DNA of 64,000 nt from an uncultured Verrucomicrobiales bacterium (GTDB taxonomy: Bacteria > Verrucomicrobiota > Verrucomicrobiia > Verrucomicrobiales > CAZUPP01): assembly GCA_964622095.1 (NCBI GenBank), contig CAZUPP010000004.1, forward strand, positions 89,243-153,242, given 5' to 3'. The position numbers and the translations under genes are program-made. Positions 38,070 through 46,839 of this stretch are shown here, one piece after another (within the stretch, counting starts at the first letter, position 1; each line of letters begins with the position of its first letter). The notes under the pieces were generated by a model that had not been told where the DNA came from, made no database searches, and saw only the letters and a list, made by a program, of their open reading frames with translations.

Positions 38070-38798
38070 TTAGCTTTGCTCGCTCAACTGCTGCTTTAAT
38101 TGATCAACGCTGCTTTGACTTCCTTGAAAAACCCCGCGCCAGGCCCCGCGGTCCAGCGTCGTGCCAAAGCTGAAACCACTTTCGGTCAAGAGCAGGGATT
38201 GGGTCTGCCCGAGCCGGAAAATGGACGATAGCTCGTCTCCATAGTAATCGAGAAAATCAAACTCTTCGGCAATGCGCTTGCGATCCGCGGAAGATAAATC
38301 GGCCTCGACCCGTTCTCCAAAAATGCTGAACCGGTAAATTTCATCTGTCTGGGCGCCAGATTTCTCCGTGGAACTGGGAAGTATCCGGCCTTTTTTCTGG
38401 CGCGCCCGTCCGAAAAGGATCTCAGCATCCCGCTCAGCGCTGTCTGGAAAATCGATTGGGCCGGGCGGCAAACCGGAAATGGTGTCGAACTTCCACTGGT
38501 CAACGGCAATGATCTCTTCCAGGGCGTCTTTGCCGGTGGCTTCGCCACAGGTGGCGTTGAGGATCTCTCTGCCCCGAAGATTGAGGATCGCGCTCTGGAT
38601 GTTCTCCGCTGATGCGCTTTCCATTCGCATTCTCCACTCACCGCCGGAGCTTCCGGCTTCCCGGATGATCTCCTCAATCTGTGGCCCCTGTCTGTAATCA
38701 CATTCTCCCTGCATCACATCTGGAATATCCAGCGCCGGTCCCCCCTTTGGCCCCGCGCCGATAAGTAAGGCCCTTAACGGATATTGAACAAATGGCAA
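38070..38798 (-). CDS. Hypothetical: DUF4388/PATAN-like N-half, possible second Roadblock-like C-half
   Basis: IQSAILNLRGREILNATCGEATGKDALEEIIAVDQWKFDTIS resembles the DUF4388 core. The start is ambiguous (TTG 38798 or ATG 38714). Confidence 0.4.
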   Translation of the reverse strand: MPFVQYPLRALLIGAGPKGGPALDIPDVMQGECDYRQGPQIEEIIREAGSSGGEWRMRMESASAENIQSAILNLRGREILNATCGEATGKDALEEIIAVDQWKFDTISGLPPGPIDFPDSAERDAEILFGRARQKKGRILPSSTEKSGAQTDEIYRFSIFGERVEADLSSADRKRIAEEFDFLDYYGDELSSIFRLGQTQSLLLTESGFSFGTTLDRGAWRGVFQGSQSSVDQLKQQLSEQS

Positions 38799-38854
38799 CC
38801 TTATGATTTGCCCTGCACAGGATTATTTTGGGCGGTCAGATCCCTCAAAAACCG

Positions 38855-40087
38855 CTAATGAGACGAACGCAGCTCTTTGAGCAGGACCTTGGAATTGCGC
38901 TTGCTGCTTTCCCATTTCTGTCGCCGGGCCTCCGGTAAGATCGCGGGTGAGGCCTGGTGAAAACCGCCCTTTCGCTCAAAAAAAGAGAAGGTCTGGGTGG
39001 AGAGAGCGAAGAGCTGGCGGAAGCCGCGCTTGGCCGCTTCCTTCTCCACAAATCTCAGCAGCATCATGCCGTAACCCCTGCCGGCGAGAGATTCCCGGAT
39101 ATAAAGGCTGGCCAGCTCCGCCAGCCCTTCCTCTGGGTATTCGTGCAGGGCGACACAGCCGAGAATGATATCATCCGCTTCGATGATCCAGAAATCATCG
39201 AGCTGTGCCAGCAGTCCGCTGCTGTCTCGAGGCACCAGTTCTTTGCGTTCGATTCCAGGTTTCAGCAGATCGAGGACGTTATCCAGATCACGCCGGGTCA
39301 TCTTCCGGATGTTCCGGTAGTCATCCGCAAAGATCAGACTGCCCACCCCCTCACTGCTGAAAAACTCCTGGAGCATCGCTCCGTCCGTCAAACCAGGCAA
39401 GACGTGCACCCGGTTAACTCCGCCGTGACAGGCTTCTCTGGCACAGCGCAGCAGATCCCTGTCTGCTTCCTGGGCCGGACTGAGCGAAGTTTCCGCGTTG
39501 TCCAGATTCTGCAGGATCTCGTTCACGCTCTCGATTGAAAGATGGTTTGGCGCCTGGCCCGCGGTCGTTTCCGAAAGTGCATTCGCCGCCAGAAAAACCA
39601 GCTTGGCGGCCTTGATCGCTTTCGCGGTCGCCACCGCCAGGTCCATCGAACTGACCGTGACGAAGTCACTGGCAGCATCGTAAGCCGAGGGACCGAGCAG
39701 CGGCGTCACACCCCGGGCAAGAAAGCGCTGCAGCAATGGTCCATTCACGTCCAGTTTCTCGTCATGGAGATGGGCCGCGTTCACTGCGGCCGCGCGGACT
39801 CCGGCGATCGATAGCCCCTGCAGGATGTCATTCAAGATGCGCGACACGGCCTCAATCGTACCGGACAACTCCTTCCCGTGGAGGGAGGCGCGCTCATGAT
39901 ATTGCCCCGCGCCATAGACCGTGACGATCTGGATGTTCAGTGATCGCAGGACTCCAATGTCCTGGAGAATGCGGGATAACCAGGGATGCACCACCGCCAC
40001 GTCACCATCCAGCCACAGAACAAAGGTCTGGCCGCGAAACTGCGGAACATACTGAAGGATACTTCTGAGATCAGACGGTGTTTTCAC
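38855..40087 (-). CDS. argA: Amino-acid N-acetyltransferase (N-acetylglutamate synthase-like: AAK + GNAT)
   Basis: An N-terminal amino-acid-kinase fold (FVLWLDGD..., VTVYGAGQ) and a C-terminal GNAT domain with an RGYGMMLL acetyl-CoA motif. GTG start. Confidence 0.75.
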   Translation of the reverse strand: MKTPSDLRSILQYVPQFRGQTFVLWLDGDVAVVHPWLSRILQDIGVLRSLNIQIVTVYGAGQYHERASLHGKELSGTIEAVSRILNDILQGLSIAGVRAAAVNAAHLHDEKLDVNGPLLQRFLARGVTPLLGPSAYDAASDFVTVSSMDLAVATAKAIKAAKLVFLAANALSETTAGQAPNHLSIESVNEILQNLDNAETSLSPAQEADRDLLRCAREACHGGVNRVHVLPGLTDGAMLQEFFSSEGVGSLIFADDYRNIRKMTRRDLDNVLDLLKPGIERKELVPRDSSGLLAQLDDFWIIEADDIILGCVALHEYPEEGLAELASLYIRESLAGRGYGMMLLRFVEKEAAKRGFRQLFALSTQTFSFFERKGGFHQASPAILPEARRQKWESSKRNSKVLLKELRSSH

Positions 40088-40173
40088 TCCTCACTTCGCC
40101 TCTGCGGTCAGCGGAATTGGCCGGGCTAGGTCTGTTATGCAACGACGAAGGCGCGGTCGAAGCAAGACCTCAG

Positions 40174-41679
40174 TCAATGTTCGGCAATGTCATCGGCGTC
40201 GATCTCATTCGAGTCACTCTCGAGACGCCGAACCACGTCGATCAGGTCTTCTGACGCTGGGGCGGCCTGACCCGTGCTTTCTCCCAGCTGATTTGTGGGA
40301 ACGGAGGCATGAATGCCTAGCTGGCGCTGGGCATAGGTTGAGGCTCGCGAGGAGATGTCTGTAAACAGAATCTGGTCACCGGCTACGCTGAGTGGGTCAC
40401 GATCCAGGAGCAGCCGCAGGGTCTGGCGAAGGTAGGGTTCCTGCCTTTCCAATTGGAACCCGTCCCGGGCGGGCCGGGGCTGATAGGAACGGAACACCGG
40501 CAAGCTGGCGAGAGTTTCATCCCCGGGAAAGTCCGAGGCGGCGTCCGCCTGGGCTGACCTTGGAAAGGGCGCGAAACCGGTGCTGTCCCTGGCTTCTTCC
40601 AGAACATCCGGTGACTGCAACTTCGCCAGAATAGGCGCAACTGCTTCGCGCGTGATGTCCGGGTCGAGGCCTGGTGCAGCCTCCAGGTGCCAGCTTAAGC
40701 GCAGCGCCATGGTGCCTTCACGCGGGACGGTAAAGGCGCCCGCTGATTGTTCTTCGGCCTTTTCGGCTTCTTTGCGCAGCGCGAACCACTGGTGGCTGTA
40801 GAGCACGGTCAGGGGAATCTCCTTCCGCACAAAACGTTCCCCGGTCGGAGAGCGTGAAGCCCCCGCCCGGTCTTCCTGGGCGGCCTGAAGCAGGGTCATG
40901 GCCATGTCCAGATGCTCGGCGTGGCTCGTCGCTGGATTTGCGGGAATGGAAAGCAGTGCAACCGATAGCATCTCCTGTTCACCTGGATACCATCCGTAAC
41001 CTTCGCTCAAACCCGCGGCGGCCGCTGCTTCGTCTTCTTGTGAACGCAGCAGACCGGAAGCGAGCGGAAAGGGGAAAAAGGCCTGCCAGCTTTCCGGTGG
41101 CGGATCAAAATCTTCCGGATGATAGGCCAGACCAAGCGCGGATAGCAGATAGGGTTTCACCTCCAGGGCGGCAGGCCCTGCGATCTCTCCTGACTCCAGC
41201 CGAAGGGCGAGGCGGATTTTTTGCGGGTGTCGAAAACCGCTCGGGCGCTCGGCGGCGTGATCAAGAAATGGATCCCAGGGATAGTGGGCAATGGTCAGGT
41301 CGACCTGATCGTCGAGGTCTTTCAGCCGTTTCTCGGTCCCGGCGGAGAAAACTCCTTGAGGCAGAAGAAGCTCAATTTCCAAAGGGGATATCTGTTCTTC
41401 AACAGGGCCCGGGGCAGGCGCCTCCTCCCGGTCTGTCGCTGAATCCTTTTCTTCTTCGGGCGGCGGAGAGGTGGAGAACTCCGGGAAGCTGAAAAAGTCA
41501 CGGATACCCTGGAGGGGATCGGCCTCCGAACAGGCGCTGAGAGTCACGCCACAAAACAACGCAGTCAGGACCCGGGCGTGGAGGGAGCCATTTTGCAGGT
41601 TCCGCGCAATGAAACCCTTCTCAAAGTTTAAGATACCCATGCAGCTGAAGAGAACGGACCGCTCCAAGTTAAGGATCAT
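40174..41679 (-). CDS. Hypothetical lipoprotein
   Basis: Lipobox GVTLSAC after a long n-region. It is acidic and Pro-rich. No motif recognised. Confidence 0.5.
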   Translation of the reverse strand: MILNLERSVLFSCMGILNFEKGFIARNLQNGSLHARVLTALFCGVTLSACSEADPLQGIRDFFSFPEFSTSPPPEEEKDSATDREEAPAPGPVEEQISPLEIELLLPQGVFSAGTEKRLKDLDDQVDLTIAHYPWDPFLDHAAERPSGFRHPQKIRLALRLESGEIAGPAALEVKPYLLSALGLAYHPEDFDPPPESWQAFFPFPLASGLLRSQEDEAAAAAGLSEGYGWYPGEQEMLSVALLSIPANPATSHAEHLDMAMTLLQAAQEDRAGASRSPTGERFVRKEIPLTVLYSHQWFALRKEAEKAEEQSAGAFTVPREGTMALRLSWHLEAAPGLDPDITREAVAPILAKLQSPDVLEEARDSTGFAPFPRSAQADAASDFPGDETLASLPVFRSYQPRPARDGFQLERQEPYLRQTLRLLLDRDPLSVAGDQILFTDISSRASTYAQRQLGIHASVPTNQLGESTGQAAPASEDLIDVVRRLESDSNEIDADDIAEH

Positions 41680-41792
41680 TCAGGAAAAGTGATCCGAAGA
41701 CAATCTCAATTGCGCGGACAAATGTTGGCTTGCAGGGTAGGTGACGCTGGCCGTCGTAACGCAGACGCGCCCAGACCTGAATTGCCGAAGCC

Positions 41793-42812
41793 ATGGACAA
41801 GAATGCCCTAGAATATCGAGCGGTTGACTACCTCCAGCGGCTGCGCCGGGGAAAGACCCATGAGCCGGAAGATTCCCAGAACCTGGCCTTGCCTAGACTT
41901 CCCAAACCCGTCAAAGCCGCCCGGCGGCTGGCTGCGATGGCTAATGCGGCGCAGGGCGAGCCGCTTCTCTGGATCATCGGTGCGGTCCCCAAGGACGCAG
42001 ACGGTGGCGAGGATTCAGGGGAAAACGCTATCGCCGTGCCGGGAGACAAAGAACTGGAGGACTGGCTCATGGAGGTGCGCACGGTGTTCGAAGGAGTCGC
42101 CCCTCACGTGGAAAAGTTGCCGTTCCAGAATGAGGAAGGTCAACCGCTTCTTGCGCTTCACGTAGAGACGGACCGGGCACCTTTTGTCATTTACCGGGGC
42201 AGCTCATCCAAAGTGCGACAGAAGGGAAACGGCGAGGGTCACAGACCGGCCACGGTGCGCACGGAAATTCCGTGGCTGGACGGAGAAGGGGAGGTGCGGG
42301 GAATCCGGCGGCTGGAGCTGTTGCGCATGATCACTCCCTTGCGGAGCCTGCCTTCACTTGAGCTGATCTCCGCGGAGCTGAAGTTCTGGGAGAATGTGAA
42401 CCGCAACCTGGACCGCCGGAGCACCTACTACTGGTCACTGGATGCTACCGTTTATGTGGTGCCGCGTGAGAACGGAAGGATCGTGCTGCCCTTCCGCCAG
42501 TGCCGAGTGACCATCGAGTCCAGGGAAGGCACGGTCTTCAGCAGCCAGGCGGATCAGGTGAATCTGACCGCAGACAAGGCGGATGCCAGCGTCATTCAGA
42601 ATGAAACGGCCCTCATGATTTCCGGGATCGGCCAGTTTTACCTCTTCGCTTCCGGCACAACTCCGGCGGAAGAGCCTCCGCTGAAGTTCCCGCTGCAGGC
42701 GGTGCTCAGCGTGCGTCCGGCGGCTGCGACCCAAGCTGCCGTGTTTGACACGGAAATGGTCCCGGTGCCGACGATCGAGGAAAACGAGCAGGGCCGCTGG
42801 AGCCTCGGATAA
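41793..42812 (+). CDS. Hypothetical protein with AlbA_2/Schlafen-like N-domain and unknown beta-rich C-domain
   Basis: AARRLAAMANAAQGEPLLWIIGAV ... LLALHVETDRAPFVIYRG parallels the AlbA_2 consensus (AFANxxGGxLxIGV ... V.i.V....P...). By-eye call only. Confidence 0.4.
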   Translation: MDKNALEYRAVDYLQRLRRGKTHEPEDSQNLALPRLPKPVKAARRLAAMANAAQGEPLLWIIGAVPKDADGGEDSGENAIAVPGDKELEDWLMEVRTVFEGVAPHVEKLPFQNEEGQPLLALHVETDRAPFVIYRGSSSKVRQKGNGEGHRPATVRTEIPWLDGEGEVRGIRRLELLRMITPLRSLPSLELISAELKFWENVNRNLDRRSTYYWSLDATVYVVPRENGRIVLPFRQCRVTIESREGTVFSSQADQVNLTADKADASVIQNETALMISGIGQFYLFASGTTPAEEPPLKFPLQAVLSVRPAAATQAAVFDTEMVPVPTIEENEQGRWSLG

Positions 42813-42815
42813 AGC

Positions 42816-43214
42816 TTATCCGCGAGAGACGAAGATTCGGATTTTTTCGACCTCGGACTTGAAGACTTCGAGGATCTTGAGCGTCTTTTTCTGCTCCTCT
42901 TCGAGAAGCTTCTGCTGTTGCTCAAGCCGCTCCAGGCGGGCCTGCAGTTCTGCCGCCGGATCGTCTGAGGCCGTTGCCCCGGCTTGAGGACCGGGAGTGC
43001 CTGTGGCGGTCCCCGTCGCGGGATTCGCCGGCCCGGCCGGTGGTTGGAGTTTGGGCGCCTCGGGCACCAGAGAATCGGACTTCTGCAACGGCAGATCTCC
43101 TCGATCCCTGGACGGGTCAAGCGGCCGGTCCTGCCGCTGGGAATTGGTTACAAGCGCACCTCCGAAGAAAACGAAGGCCACGCAGAGCATGAGGGCGATT
43201 TCGCGGGATAACAT
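42816..43214 (-). CDS. Small secreted/anchored coiled-coil protein (paralog A)
   Basis: ATG 43214 (the track TTG is at 43223). It has an N-terminal hydrophobic segment, a Pro/Gly/Thr linker, a heptad-like LQARLERLEQQQKLLEEEQKK... region and ends ...EKIRIFVSRG. Confidence 0.55.
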   Translation of the reverse strand: MLSREIALMLCVAFVFFGGALVTNSQRQDRPLDPSRDRGDLPLQKSDSLVPEAPKLQPPAGPANPATGTATGTPGPQAGATASDDPAAELQARLERLEQQQKLLEEEQKKTLKILEVFKSEVEKIRIFVSRG

Positions 43215-43257
43215 AAGAATCAAAAGCGGGGATCAGTTCGAAGGCGGCTGGGGAGGG

Positions 43258-43740
43258 TCAGCGCAATTGGTCGCTGGGCGGGGGTTGAGGGAGCCGGTCG
43301 TCGCGATCGTCTTCGCGTCCAACATCAAGTACTCGACCTGCTCCGGGAGATTCATTCTGCCGCAGAGGAGAGGTCGCTTTGGGGCCGCCGACCCGGGAGG
43401 CGTAGATCCGCGTCTGGCGAAGAACCTCGCCGATTTCGACAAGCAGTTCCTGGATCTTATCCTGGTTGGCCAACAACTGTTCCGTCTGGGTTTCCAGCGC
43501 GGCTATTTTGCCCTGGAGAGATTCCAGGGTTTCCTCTGTGACGGCCGGCGGCGCTTGGGTGGGGGTCTCCGGCTCAGCGGACTCAGCTTCGGAGGGCTCC
43601 GCCTCTGCGTCCGGGTCCAGGTCGATGACAATTTCTTCTCCCGGAGCCTGGGCTTCGGACAGGAACGGGGCCACACTCAAACCCGTCCACACGGCGGCGG
43701 CCGTAAAAACTATGACTGGCCAATAATTGATCTTCTGCAT
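43258..43740 (-). CDS. Small secreted coiled-coil protein (paralog B)
   Basis: Signal peptide (...FLSEAQA), an acidic linker, LQGKIAALETQTEQLLANQDK... then ...RQTRIYASRVGG plus a 40-aa tail. The coiled coil aligns without gaps to paralog A over ~43 aa. Confidence 0.55.
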   Translation of the reverse strand: MQKINYWPVIVFTAAAVWTGLSVAPFLSEAQAPGEEIVIDLDPDAEAEPSEAESAEPETPTQAPPAVTEETLESLQGKIAALETQTEQLLANQDKIQELLVEIGEVLRQTRIYASRVGGPKATSPLRQNESPGAGRVLDVGREDDRDDRLPQPPPSDQLR

Positions 43741-43787
43741 GCCTCAGGATAACCCAAGTTTGGCTGAACGCACCCGTGGATTTTTTC

Positions 43788-45050
43788 TCAGGCAGAGGCC
43801 ATCCGGACAGCTTCTTCGCGCTCAATTCCGTGAAGGGCGAGCACACGGGCAATCGTGTCTTCGATCAGATTGTTCGGGCAGGAAGCACCCGCGGTTACTC
43901 CTATGATGGAAGGCAGCGGCGGACACCAGTCGTTCGAGCTGACCTCCTGCTGGTGATGGTAATCAAAATGATGGATGCGCTCCCGGCTTTCCAGGCAGGA
44001 TGCATTCCGGATAAAAAACGTGGGCAGAACCGCTTCGCCCATTTCGGCGAGATGCGTGGTGTTAGAGCTATTGTATCCGCCCACGACCAGAAGCACGTCC
44101 ATTTTTTCCTTCAGCATCTTGCGGAGGGCATCCTGCCGTTCCTGGGTCGCGCCGCAGATCGTGTCGAAGAACCGGAAATTTTCTTTGCTCTTTTCCGGGC
44201 CGTCCCGTTCCAGAATGGCCTTTTCAAGCATCTTCTGAACCTCTTCGGTTTCCGAGCGCAACATCGTGGTCTGATTGGCCACGCCTACCCGTTGCAGATG
44301 GACGTCCGGATTAAAGCCGGGTGAATGCGCCCCGGCAAAGCGATCCAGAAAAGCCTGCCGGTCACCTCCGTGACGAATGTAATCGCAGACAAAGTGGACA
44401 TCGTCCATCGTCAGAACCACGAGGTAGTGGCCGTTGCCCTCGCCCATCGCGCGCGAGGCCGTGGCACGGGTTTCCTCGTGGGATGCCTTGCCGTGAATGA
44501 TCGAGGTGATGTCTTCCCGGGCGTAGCCGCGCACCCGTTTCCACACGCTCATGACATCTCCGCAGGTCGTATCCACCACCGCACAGCCGCGGTCTTCCAA
44601 CTCATTCATGATGGAAGTTTCCGCGCCAAAGGCCGGCACAATGACCACGTCGTCTTCGCCGAGGTCATCGATTTCCGCTTCCCGGTTGTCGCCGACGAGA
44701 TTCTTGATGCCCATCGCCCGGATCTGCTCATTCACGTCCGGGTTATGAATGATTTCCCCGATGATATAGAGCGGACGGTCCGGAAAAACTTTTCGGGCTG
44801 CATAGGCCAGATCAATCGCCCGTTCGACGCCATAACAGAAGCCGAACTCCTTGGCGAGGCGGATCGTGACCTGCCCAAAGCTCATCATGCCGCCACGCGC
44901 GCGAATGACTTCGACCAGTTCTCCCCGGTAATGAGATTCGACCAGAGACTGGACCGCCGCCATCACCTCCGGCTTGCGGACATTAATGCGCTTTTTCTTT
45001 TTGCGCGGAGGCGAAGAAGCTGCGGTGCTGCTGGCAGCGGTATCAGGCAT
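43788..45050 (-). CDS. ispH: 4-hydroxy-3-methylbut-2-enyl diphosphate reductase (long form)
   Basis: GFCYGVERAI, HNP and GGYNSSNT motifs. The N-terminal extension is typical of the long IspH form. ATG 45050. Confidence 0.9.
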   Translation of the reverse strand: MPDTAASSTAASSPPRKKKKRINVRKPEVMAAVQSLVESHYRGELVEVIRARGGMMSFGQVTIRLAKEFGFCYGVERAIDLAYAARKVFPDRPLYIIGEIIHNPDVNEQIRAMGIKNLVGDNREAEIDDLGEDDVVIVPAFGAETSIMNELEDRGCAVVDTTCGDVMSVWKRVRGYAREDITSIIHGKASHEETRATASRAMGEGNGHYLVVLTMDDVHFVCDYIRHGGDRQAFLDRFAGAHSPGFNPDVHLQRVGVANQTTMLRSETEEVQKMLEKAILERDGPEKSKENFRFFDTICGATQERQDALRKMLKEKMDVLLVVGGYNSSNTTHLAEMGEAVLPTFFIRNASCLESRERIHHFDYHHQQEVSSNDWCPPLPSIIGVTAGASCPNNLIEDTIARVLALHGIEREEAVRMASA

Positions 45051-45070
45051 CAAGGGATCAGGTAGGGCTG

Positions 45071-45808
45071 TCAGGTGCCCGGGATTTTTTCGCGCTGTCC
45101 AGCAGGCTTATCGTCTTCAAAGAGTGGCTGCTCGGGAGTGGTGAAAGCCTGGCTGGAAAGCAAAATCGGCAAGGGACGATCCGGGTCATTGTAATCAGTC
45201 GGGCGTGGCACATTGTTGCCGAGCGTCGCATCTTGCGGCTGGTTGTAGCGAATGCTGACGGGAGTGCCATTCCGGGTGAGGGCGAAAAACTTGGGTGCGT
45301 CGTTGGGATGAATCCGGATGCAGCCTTTTGAGCGGGGCATAGGCCAGACAGAGCCCTCATGAAAGCCGTAAGCGGGTTTAAATTCACTCCAGTACGCCAT
45401 GGGATAACCCACAAAGCGCCAGCCGCCTCCGCCGGGGCGTTGGCTGCTCTTGCCGGACACCACCTGATCACCGCGCACCCAGAAGCCATAGGTGCGGTTG
45501 CGGCGGTCCGCATCGCGATAGTAGATGCGGAAGCTGCCAATCGGTGTCGTATTGTCTTTGCCTACGGAGACCGGTGCGACCATGAGTGGCCGGTTGCCTT
45601 CCATGACATACATGACCATCTTGTTCACGGAGACATCCACCCGCACATTACCAGGATTTGCTGGGCGGTAGGCCGGTGACTCGAACTCCTGTTTGACGGC
45701 GGTTTGGGCGAATTCACAACCAGTGCAAAAGATCAGGCCAAGAGCTGCCAGGGGTGCCAGAACGCGATAAACGATTTTCATCGGTGAGTGCGGTTTTTGT
45801 GTGTCCAT
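45071..45808 (-). CDS. L,D-transpeptidase (YkuD domain) lipoprotein
   Basis: Lipobox-like LIFCTGC. The catalytic context is GFHEGSVWPMPRSKGCIRIH (H ... S-x-G-C-I-R). Confidence 0.8.
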   Translation of the reverse strand: MDTQKPHSPMKIVYRVLAPLAALGLIFCTGCEFAQTAVKQEFESPAYRPANPGNVRVDVSVNKMVMYVMEGNRPLMVAPVSVGKDNTTPIGSFRIYYRDADRRNRTYGFWVRGDQVVSGKSSQRPGGGGWRFVGYPMAYWSEFKPAYGFHEGSVWPMPRSKGCIRIHPNDAPKFFALTRNGTPVSIRYNQPQDATLGNNVPRPTDYNDPDRPLPILLSSQAFTTPEQPLFEDDKPAGQREKIPGT

Positions 45809-45970
45809 TCAGGGAATCTTGCGGCGCCCTCCGCCGCAGACGCGGTATATCTGGATGGGCCGCGCCCGTTTCGCAAGCGCGTTTTTGCTTGGGCAAGGGC
45901 CACTGGCTGTGATCGACTTCACCTGTTCGCGAAAGACTTCCATCCCTTCTTCCCCTCCACTTCAGATTCC

Positions 45971-46810
45971 ATGGAGCCTCTGGTCTACGAAACCCACATG
46001 CATACCACCCTCTGCAAGCACGCGGTCGGGGCGGTTGACGATTACGCAGAAACCGCTCAAAACCGCAATCTCCGGGGCATCACCGTGACCTGTCACGCAC
46101 CCCTGCCCGGGGGGGTCTCCGCGGAAGTCCGTATGTCTGACAGCCAATGGCCGGAATACGTGGAAATGGTGGAGCTGGCCCGCCGCCGGTGGGAGGGAAA
46201 GGTCGAGGTGCTGCTGGGTCTGGAAAGTGAATATCTGCCCGGCTACGAGAGCTGGGTGGAAAGCCTTCATCAGCGGGAAAAGCTTAATTATGTGCTGGGC
46301 TCCGTTCATTGCCATATTGATTTATATCTGGAGCGCTTTGACACGGGTTCGCCGCTGGAATTACAGCAAAAATACTTTGCTCACCTGGCCGAAGCGGCGG
46401 AGTCAGGGTTGTATGACTGCATTTCTCATCCGGACCTTGTGAAGAATCTCTATCCGGATGACTGGAAGGTGAGTGATGTCATGGATGACATTAAAGATGC
46501 GCTTGACCGCATTGCCGAAACTGGCGTGGCTATGGAGCTGAATACCTCCGGGCTTCACAAAAAAATTCAGGAAATGAATCCCGGAATCGAAATTCTCACC
46601 GAGATTGCTGACCGTGATATTCCCGTGGTCGTAGGAGCTGATGCCCATCACCCCGCGCGGGTCGCAGATAAATTTGAGCTTGCGATGCGGGTTCTGCGTG
46701 AAGTCGGTTGTTCCCATGTGAGTTATTTCAGGGAGCGCGAGAGAATCGAGCTGGCCATTGAGGATGCGCTGGCGTCATTGCGTGATCCGAAGGAAGGTCC
46801 AAATTATTGA
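45971..46810 (+). CDS. Histidinol-phosphatase-like PHP-family phosphoesterase (HisJ/HisK type)
   Basis: Start moved to ATG 45971 (MEPLVYETHMHTTLCKHA). The PHP metal motifs H-x-H, SVH, HPD and DAH are present. Confidence 0.7.
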   Translation: MEPLVYETHMHTTLCKHAVGAVDDYAETAQNRNLRGITVTCHAPLPGGVSAEVRMSDSQWPEYVEMVELARRRWEGKVEVLLGLESEYLPGYESWVESLHQREKLNYVLGSVHCHIDLYLERFDTGSPLELQQKYFAHLAEAAESGLYDCISHPDLVKNLYPDDWKVSDVMDDIKDALDRIAETGVAMELNTSGLHKKIQEMNPGIEILTEIADRDIPVVVGADAHHPARVADKFELAMRVLREVGCSHVSYFRERERIELAIEDALASLRDPKEGPNY

Positions 46811-46839
46811 TGGAAGTGAACTGCGTGTGAACAGTGGCC

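Noticed and set aside
45820-45838. GC hairpin TGCGGCG-CCCTC-CGCCGCA just upstream of the ldt start, with an SD-like GGAGGG in the loop on the minus strand
   Set aside because: The SD-like loop is ~20 nt from the ATG, too far for ribosome-binding control. It is short and there is no supporting conservation data.
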